A DNA stretch of 64,000 nucleotides from Vicinamibacterales bacterium (GTDB lineage Bacteria > Acidobacteriota > Vicinamibacteria > Vicinamibacterales > UBA8438), in contig DASCQF010000010.1 of assembly GCA_036012905.1 (NCBI GenBank), positions 7,991-71,990 of the forward strand. The letters run 5' to 3'. The notes beneath the pieces are model-generated. The model had not been told where the DNA came from. It did not search any database and saw nothing but the letters and a program-made list of their open reading frames with translations. The position numbers were made by a program, and so were the translations under genes. How positions within the stretch are numbered: position 1 is the first letter of the stretch; each line of letters opens with the position of its first letter. Below are positions 57,682 to 64,000 of the stretch, in pieces.

Positions 57682-58173
57682 ATGACCACGCAAAGGGCCA
57701 TCATCGCAATCTCGACCGGTGCAGTGCTCGTTGGTCTCGCAACCGGCGTAGCGCTCGGGCGCCAGAGCGCCGAAGCCGACGTGCGAGAACTGCACGCCAC
57801 CTATTATCAGTATTTCGCAGACGGCCAAGCCGGCGAGATTGCGCAGCGGATCTACCACCCGAATCGGATGGCGTTCGGCCAGAATGGCGTCGCGACCTCG
57901 AGCGGACGCGATGAAGTGGAGAGTGGTTTCCGCCGCGCGCTCGAGGGCCTCGCCGCCGAGCGCTACGACCACTCGGAGATGCCCGACCCGAGCATCTGCA
58001 CGCCGAACCCGGGCACGGCAATCGTCAGCGGCATGTTCCGCCGCTACCGCGAAGACGGGAGCGTGCTCGCCGAGCTGGGTCAGACCTACATTTACGGCCA
58101 GACCGACGACGGCTGGAGAATCCACGCCACCATCGCGCACGGCCCCGAGACGGTCATCGGCTGTCTCGAGTGA
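57682..58173 (+). CDS. Secreted NTF2/SnoaL-like protein (DUF6841-like)
   Basis: GGAGG RBS; signal peptide; YDHSEM, FRRYREDGSVL, TYIYGQTDDGWRI. Confidence 0.7.
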   Translation: MTTQRAIIAISTGAVLVGLATGVALGRQSAEADVRELHATYYQYFADGQAGEIAQRIYHPNRMAFGQNGVATSSGRDEVESGFRRALEGLAAERYDHSEMPDPSICTPNPGTAIVSGMFRRYREDGSVLAELGQTYIYGQTDDGWRIHATIAHGPETVIGCLE

Positions 58174-58194
58174 CGGTGTTGACGACGGCCGACC

Positions 58195-60081
58195 TCACTC
58201 CGGCAAGGCAAAGACGAACAGATTGTTGCCGTTGCTCGGGCGCAGCTCGGGCGTCAACTGCAGGAAGCTCGGTGTGGTCGCGGCACCGCCGGTGCTCACG
58301 GCCAGATACTGCCGACCCTCGACCGCGTAACTGATGGGAAATCCGCTGACCGGTGAGCCGAGGTTGATTTCCCAGAGCACCTCGCCTGTCACCTGGTCGA
58401 AGGCGCGAAACCGTCCGTTCGCATCGCCACCGAAGACGAGCCCGCCACCGGTCGCCACCAGCGACAGGGTCGCCGCCCGCTGTTGGTGCAGCCAGGTGGT
58501 CTTGCCGGTTTCGGCCGAGATCGCATACACCGCGCCAAGCTGCTCGGTGCCCGGCGCGAGCTCATGCCGGACCGCAAGCGCGTAGATGCGATGTGACGCG
58601 TCAGGCGAGGTCGTCGCCAGCAGGCGCTGACACATGTTGCGCAGCGGAAAGTACATCGTGTTGGTCAGGGGGCTGTAGGCGCCGGCTTCCCAATCCTTTC
58701 CGCCGTGCATGTTGGGACAGGCGAGGACCTCCTGTCCTTCGGCGCTGAAGACGACCTCCGCGTTCTCGGTCACCTCGCCGGTCGCGCCGTCGATGTCGTT
58801 GATCACGTTTTGCGCGATGGTTGGGGTGGCCCAGAGGAACTCGCCCGTTTCGCGGTCCAGCGTGTAGACCACCCCGGTTTTCCCGGGAATGCCAGTCATC
58901 ACTCTCCGCACCTCGCCCTGCTGAAGCCGCGGATTGATCCAGCTCACGGCGTCGGGGTCCGGGGCGACGGCGGTGTCGAGGAGCAGGCGCTCGAAGGGAT
59001 GATCGAGATCCCAGTGGTCGTTCAGATGCTGGTAGTACCAGCGGATCTCCCCGGTATCGACGTCGAGCGCCAGCGTCGAATTGTGATACAGGTGCTTGTT
59101 GTCGATCCCGCCAAGCATGAACTTCGGGGCCGGCGAGGTGACCGACGTGCCGATGTAGATCAACCGCAGCTCGGGGTCATAGCTGGGCGGCATCCAGGTG
59201 CCGACATGCACCCGATCTTCGTATGGCACCCCGCCCCAGGTCTCGTCGCCCGGCTCCCCAGGCGCCGGGATCGTCCGGCGCCGCCACAGCTCTTCTCCGG
59301 TACGCGCGTCGTGCGCCGTGATGACGCACGATTCGGGCCCCCCGCTGGGCCGGCAGCTGCGTCCTGAGATCACCTTGCCATCGGCAATGATCGGGCCGGA
59401 ACTGTGCCCAACCGGCGTCACCTGGTAGTCGAAGATCTGTGTCTCCCAGGCGATCTCCCCGGTGGCGACATCGAGCCCGAACACGAAGTCGTCGTCGCTC
59501 GTGTTGATGATGAACCGGTCGAAGATCGCAATGTTCCGGTTGTTGCGGGCGTTCCCGCCTACAAAGTCGTACACATCGTCTGGGAGATCGCGGCGATGGG
59601 CCCACACCAGGTCGCCCGTCACGGCGTCGATCGCTTCGATGACGTCGCTCGCCTGGGGCATGTAGAGCACACCGCCATAGGCCAGAGGCGTTCCCTCCTG
59701 ACGCCCCCGCGCCAGCGCCCGCGACCAGACCATCCGGAGCGCACCGACGTTGTCCCGTGTAATCTGATCGAGCGGGCTGTAGCCCCACCCATCGAGCGTC
59801 CGGCGCCACATCAGCCAGTCGTCAGGCGCTGGACGCTGGAGGATGGCGTCCGTGACCGGGACGAACTCCCTCGTGGGCGGTGTCTGTCCCCTCACCGGTG
59901 TCGGGACCAGGATCAGAGCGAACGCCGCGATCGCCGCACACAGCATCGCTGCGACCAGAGGCTGCCCGGGCATCCGTACGGGCCGGCACTCGCCCCGGCC
60001 ATTCGCGGTCCCGCAAATCAGTGTTGCCCTCGTCATAGCGTGAACCGCGCGAATCTGTACGCGTCGCTGAATCTGACTCAT
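58195..60081 (-). CDS. PQQ-binding beta-propeller dehydrogenase-like protein, HWDLDH subfamily, paralogue 3 (start uncertain)
   Basis: GRSCRPSGGPESC; YQHLNDHWDLDHPFER; near-identical blocks to 31229..33046. Confidence 0.88.
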   Translation of the reverse strand: MSQIQRRVQIRAVHAMTRATLICGTANGRGECRPVRMPGQPLVAAMLCAAIAAFALILVPTPVRGQTPPTREFVPVTDAILQRPAPDDWLMWRRTLDGWGYSPLDQITRDNVGALRMVWSRALARGRQEGTPLAYGGVLYMPQASDVIEAIDAVTGDLVWAHRRDLPDDVYDFVGGNARNNRNIAIFDRFIINTSDDDFVFGLDVATGEIAWETQIFDYQVTPVGHSSGPIIADGKVISGRSCRPSGGPESCVITAHDARTGEELWRRRTIPAPGEPGDETWGGVPYEDRVHVGTWMPPSYDPELRLIYIGTSVTSPAPKFMLGGIDNKHLYHNSTLALDVDTGEIRWYYQHLNDHWDLDHPFERLLLDTAVAPDPDAVSWINPRLQQGEVRRVMTGIPGKTGVVYTLDRETGEFLWATPTIAQNVINDIDGATGEVTENAEVVFSAEGQEVLACPNMHGGKDWEAGAYSPLTNTMYFPLRNMCQRLLATTSPDASHRIYALAVRHELAPGTEQLGAVYAISAETGKTTWLHQQRAATLSLVATGGGLVFGGDANGRFRAFDQVTGEVLWEINLGSPVSGFPISYAVEGRQYLAVSTGGAATTPSFLQLTPELRPSNGNNLFVFALPE

Positions 60082-60112
60082 GATGCGATCCATTCTCCCG
60101 AGCCGGCAGTCG

Positions 60113-62128
60113 TCACGGCAAACTGAACGCGACGTATTCGGCACCAGATGGCGGCCCCGAGCGACCGCCGCCGGCCGCAATGACGACGAACTGCTTGCCG
60201 TCGACGCTGTAGAGCGCCGGTGTCGAGAAGCCGGCAGCCGGCAGCTCGGCCCTCCACAAGACCTCGCCAGTTTGTGTGTCATAGGCGCGCATCATCTTGT
60301 CGGGCGTCGCCGCGATGAAAATCAGCCCGGACGCCGTGACGACGGGGCCGCCGTAGTTGACCGCGCCGAAGCCGAGGTCCGGATGCGAGAGATAGTTGCC
60401 GAACGGCACCGACCAGTCGATGTCACCCGTGGCCAGATCGATCGAATTGAGCGTGCCCCACGGGGGCGTATTGCCCGGTAGATCCTCGTGGTCGCGCAAG
60501 TACACGTATCCGCTGAGAACATAGGCGAGCTCGCTCGTCGGGTCGTCGGGCTCTGGTTCGTCCTGGGAGATGTACCGCATCACGGCCCGGCGCTCCGCAT
60601 CATCGAAGTGCGCGAAGCTCGGCATCCGACCGCTGCCGTCGTTCATGATCGCCCGGATCTCGTCGGTCTCCAGCCGGTCTCGCACGCCGAGCAGCGCGGG
60701 CCCCGTCTCGGTGCCTTCCAGCTCCAGACCGTGACAGCTCCCGCAATGCTGCGCATAGGTGCCGTAGTTGCTGGATCCGGCCGGCACCTCACTGAGCGTG
60801 AGAATGCCGGGCACGTCGTTCGCGTTGACGATCAAGTGGTTGGTGCTCGCGTCGAATGCGGATCCTCCCCACTCGGCGCCGCCGTCATACCACGGCTGCA
60901 GCAGTACCGTGCCGACCTGTGGCGGCGCCCACGGCCGCAGATCCCAGTCTGCGATCTGCCCTTCGACGAACGCTCTGGCTTCCTCCGTGCGGTCCGTGAT
61001 CTCGAATGTCTGCCGGCTGAAGGCCACCGTCGACAGGGGCTGGCTCGCCGCGGGAACTTCGCCCGGCAGGGTGCTCGAAAGCTGCTCCATCTCGACGATG
61101 GGGTACATCGACTCTCCCGTCTCTCGGTCGAAGACGTAGAGATGACCCGACTTCGTTGTCAGGGCGACCGCGTCAATCGTCCGGCCGTCGCGTTCGAGCT
61201 GCACCAGGGTCGGCGGCGACGGATTGTCGCGGTCCCACATGTCGTGACGGACCACCTGGTAATGCCACTGCAGCTCACCGGTCCGCGCGTCGAGCGCCAC
61301 CAGCGAGTTGGCGTAGAGGTTGTCGCCCAGCCGGTTCGCCCCGTAGAAGTCCGGTGTTGCGGAACCGGTCGGGGCAAACAGGAGCCCGCGTTCTTCATCG
61401 AGGGTCATGCCGGTCCACACGTTCGCGCCTCCCGCCTGTTCCAGCGACCCGTCCGCCCAGCTCTCTGAACCCGGGGCGTCTGGAGCAGGTATGGTGTCGA
61501 ACCGCCACACCAGCTCACCATCGATCGCGCTGAAGGCGCGGACGGCGCCCGGATACGCATCGGCATTCTCACTGGTGGAGAAACCGAGGATGATCATGTC
61601 CTCGAAGACGACGCCCGGTACGGTGACAGAGAGCGACCCCTCATGATCGCCGCTCGGGGTGAGATCGAGCCGGCCGTCCTTTCCAAAGCTCTCGATCGCG
61701 GTGCCGTCGGAAGGGTTCACGGCGAGCAGCTCACGTCCGGCGGTGTAAAACAGTCGGGACTCCCCGTCGCGCTCCCACCACATCAGCCCGCGTTGAGCAC
61801 CGCCGCCAACATCCGGGTCAAAGCGCCACAGTTCCTCACCGGTGGCCGCGTTCAAGGCGAACGCGTCCAATCTGGGTGACAGGCCGTAGAGCACGCCGTC
61901 GATGGCCAACGGGCTCGTATACATGGTCGACCCACCGCCACGCTGCTCGCCCGAGTCGTACGTCCAGGCCACCTGGAGCTGGCCCACGTTGTCTCGCGTG
62001 ATCTGAGCCAGGTCGGAGTAGTGTTGTCGGCCAGCATCGCCGAGATAGACGGCCCAGTCGGAGTCGGTGTCGCCCGGCGCGCAGGCACCGAGGAGCGCCG
62101 CAGTAAGCAGCATAGTGATCGTCCGCAT
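60113..62128 (-). CDS. Lipoprotein PQQ glucose-DH-like dehydrogenase with inserted cytochrome c domain
   Basis: LLGAC lipobox; GGANVW, RHDMWDRD, GGAEWGG; CGSCH and GRMPSF; PPWGTL. Confidence 0.9.
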   Translation of the reverse strand: MRTITMLLTAALLGACAPGDTDSDWAVYLGDAGRQHYSDLAQITRDNVGQLQVAWTYDSGEQRGGGSTMYTSPLAIDGVLYGLSPRLDAFALNAATGEELWRFDPDVGGGAQRGLMWWERDGESRLFYTAGRELLAVNPSDGTAIESFGKDGRLDLTPSGDHEGSLSVTVPGVVFEDMIILGFSTSENADAYPGAVRAFSAIDGELVWRFDTIPAPDAPGSESWADGSLEQAGGANVWTGMTLDEERGLLFAPTGSATPDFYGANRLGDNLYANSLVALDARTGELQWHYQVVRHDMWDRDNPSPPTLVQLERDGRTIDAVALTTKSGHLYVFDRETGESMYPIVEMEQLSSTLPGEVPAASQPLSTVAFSRQTFEITDRTEEARAFVEGQIADWDLRPWAPPQVGTVLLQPWYDGGAEWGGSAFDASTNHLIVNANDVPGILTLSEVPAGSSNYGTYAQHCGSCHGLELEGTETGPALLGVRDRLETDEIRAIMNDGSGRMPSFAHFDDAERRAVMRYISQDEPEPDDPTSELAYVLSGYVYLRDHEDLPGNTPPWGTLNSIDLATGDIDWSVPFGNYLSHPDLGFGAVNYGGPVVTASGLIFIAATPDKMMRAYDTQTGEVLWRAELPAAGFSTPALYSVDGKQFVVIAAGGGRSGPPSGAEYVAFSLP

Positions 62129-62289
62129 GGTCAATCAGTCCCCGGCCGTGAACTTGCCTGTCGGCGTTGGTCGTGTCTCACGCGATCTCGATTACCCCAT
62201 GTCCACTGCGCCTACGGCATCGGCAAGAGCGCCGCGCGGTCGCGCCACTTGCCTGCCTGCATGACGCGCTCGATATCGACGGATTGATG

Positions 62290-63411
62290 CTACTTGTTTT
62301 CAGCCCACCCATAGGGCGGCGCCCCAATCATCATGTGCGCCTGATGCGTCCCCGGAAACATCAGCCATGCATGGTCCGGGCTTGGTTGGGTCAAAAGACC
62401 GGTCGACTCCTCGGTGGCGTCCGGAAGACGCACGACGATGAGTTGCTCGGCGCTCGCCCGGTCCGCACCAGACAGAATGAAGTGCATCGCCCCCGCGGGC
62501 ATCGACGCCAGGGTACCGGCCCGGACCCCAGCGGTAATCGTCGCCAGGATCTCCTTTTCCGGAAGGCCCCGCGCCTTCAACCTCCCATATTCCACCAGTG
62601 CGGTCGGCACGTCGCCACTCGAGAGCAAGCCCCCATCCGTACAACTCGCCTGGAACCCATCCGCCGGACCATCCGGACTACACACGAGCGAGTTCGACCC
62701 CTGACGGAGGACTCGCCGGTTCCCATCACGATCCGTCGCGACCACCGTGGCGTCGATCTTCATCTGCTCGGGAAGCGGCGATGTCGCTTCGGCGATCAGC
62801 GCCTCGTCCGATCGTGCCCCGCCGTCGGTTGGTGCGCACGCCTGCCACCCTATCTCTTCGCTCAAGCCGTAAGGAATGGGTCCGATCATGATGTGCGCCC
62901 GGGGCGTGCCCGGACACATCAGCCACGCCCGACTTGGCGTCGGCTTCTCCGGCAATCCGGTCGACTCTCCCGTTGCGTAGGGAACCAGGACTCCTACCAT
63001 GGGGATCAAATTGCTACGCGATTCGCCCGACAGAATCCAGATCATGCCACCGGGCGTGGCCGTGGCGACCCTGTCGGCTCTGGCCGCGGCAGACACCGCC
63101 TCCATCGCCTCCTGTGGGGATCGGCCTTGTGCGAGGAGCCGTCTGAACTCCTGAAGCACCGGCCCCGAGCTGTCATCGATACACGACACCAGGAACCCGG
63201 GACCCGGCCCATCCGGGGAGCACCGCAACCCGCTCGTTCCCTCCTGGATGATGCGCGGACGGCCGTCGTCGTTCCGAATCGACACGGTGGCACCGTCCTT
63301 GAGGTAATCAGGCAACGGCAGCAGCGCTTCGGCAAACAGTTCGTCATCCGACTGCGCGCCGGCGATGGCTGGAACGATCAACAACAGGCAGGCGAAGACG
63401 GCCCTGGTCAT
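62290..63411 (-). CDS. Secreted hypothetical protein with two tandem homologous domains
   Basis: SDD/SDE-L-AEA..PLP...ATV...CSPDGP...SC...AWLMxPGTxxAHxMIG occurs twice. Confidence 0.8.
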   Translation of the reverse strand: MTRAVFACLLLIVPAIAGAQSDDELFAEALLPLPDYLKDGATVSIRNDDGRPRIIQEGTSGLRCSPDGPGPGFLVSCIDDSSGPVLQEFRRLLAQGRSPQEAMEAVSAAARADRVATATPGGMIWILSGESRSNLIPMVGVLVPYATGESTGLPEKPTPSRAWLMCPGTPRAHIMIGPIPYGLSEEIGWQACAPTDGGARSDEALIAEATSPLPEQMKIDATVVATDRDGNRRVLRQGSNSLVCSPDGPADGFQASCTDGGLLSSGDVPTALVEYGRLKARGLPEKEILATITAGVRAGTLASMPAGAMHFILSGADRASAEQLIVVRLPDATEESTGLLTQPSPDHAWLMFPGTHQAHMMIGAPPYGWAENK

Positions 63412-63603
63412 TGCTACCTCTCTCCCGTGCGGCCCAACAGGACGATATCCTGCGATTGCTGGCTGATTATGCCACTGGCGGGAACCGATGCGGCACTGAA
63501 TGGGACGAGCCGACGTCTGGGAGCGACGGCTGCCTGACGGACGAAGGCGAGCCGGAGCGATGCTCCGGTACGAGACTCGGTGGGACAACGGCAACGTGAA
63601 AGA

Positions 63604-64000
63604 CTAGGCCGCCTGATACTGGGCGAGCACGCTCTCCAGACGATCTTGCACCCGCACGCACATCTTCTCGACACCGTTCAACGAGAGCTTGGGGCGCTCG
63701 AGCGTATCGCGTGGCACTTCGAACTCTTGAGGCTGACCGACATACCCGGCCCCGACCCGTTTCGCGACCACGTTGGCCAGGCAGACCACATCACAGACGA
63801 CGTCGCGCCCTTGCTCCGGCGTGTGATGATGGATGATGGCGGTCACGATCCGCTCGGGAAGCTCCCAGTGCTGGGCAATGAGTCCCCCCAGCTCACCATG
63901 ATGAAACCCGAGGATCTCCGTCTCGGCCTGTGCGATCTCTAGATGGCTCTGGGCGCGGGCTTGTCCGACGAAGCCAAGGAGATCCGGTTCGAGGAACTGC
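63604..64000 (-). CDS. HDOD-domain protein (5' part beyond the window)
   Basis: AETEILGFHHGELGGLIAQHWELPERIVTAIIHHHTP. Confidence 0.8.
   Translation of the reverse strand, partial: QFLEPDLLGFVGQARAQSHLEIAQAETEILGFHHGELGGLIAQHWELPERIVTAIIHHHTPEQGRDVVCDVVCLANVVAKRVGAGYVGQPQEFEVPRDTLERPKLSLNGVEKMCVRVQDRLESVLAQYQAA

Noticed and set aside
62200-62290. Minus-strand peptide DIERVMQAGKW resembling a tyrosine-recombinase C-terminus
   Set aside because: Too short, lacks the catalytic Tyr, and no att site or other integrase sequence is present.

Overview
GC-rich bacterial window with about 50 intact CDSs and several gene remnants. The gene families (VWA-acidobacterial type, RimJ-like GNAT, PD40-tailed kinase remnants, DUF1800/DUF1501, many PQQ and NHL propellers) and the palindromic repeats suggest Acidobacteriota of the Vicinamibacterales type; this is inference. 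No rRNA, tRNA, CRISPR array, prophage or transposase was recognised. Exported beta-propeller and redox proteins dominate. There are 8 PQQ-type genes in at least five subfamilies, including three close paralogues with a rebuilt His-rich active site (HxxDHWDLDH) and one alcohol dehydrogenase with a lanthanide-type DxD motif. Also present are NHL propellers, two of which keep the full peptidyl-alpha-hydroxyglycine lyase catalytic set, a Tat-exported FMN alpha-hydroxy-acid dehydrogenase carrying CxxCH, and a flavinylation-motif protein. Other notable items: a stand-alone tandem PARP-type zinc-finger protein, a 157-bp MITE in two copies sitting on stop codons, two recurrent promoter-like motifs, an in-frame ECF-sigma/PD40 deletion chimera, a TRAP plus acyl-CoA dehydrogenase operon, a heterodimeric ABC exporter, and a PadR-HAAS-DUF4870 module with a clear promoter/operator. 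All calls come from motif recognition by eye; no database searches were run.
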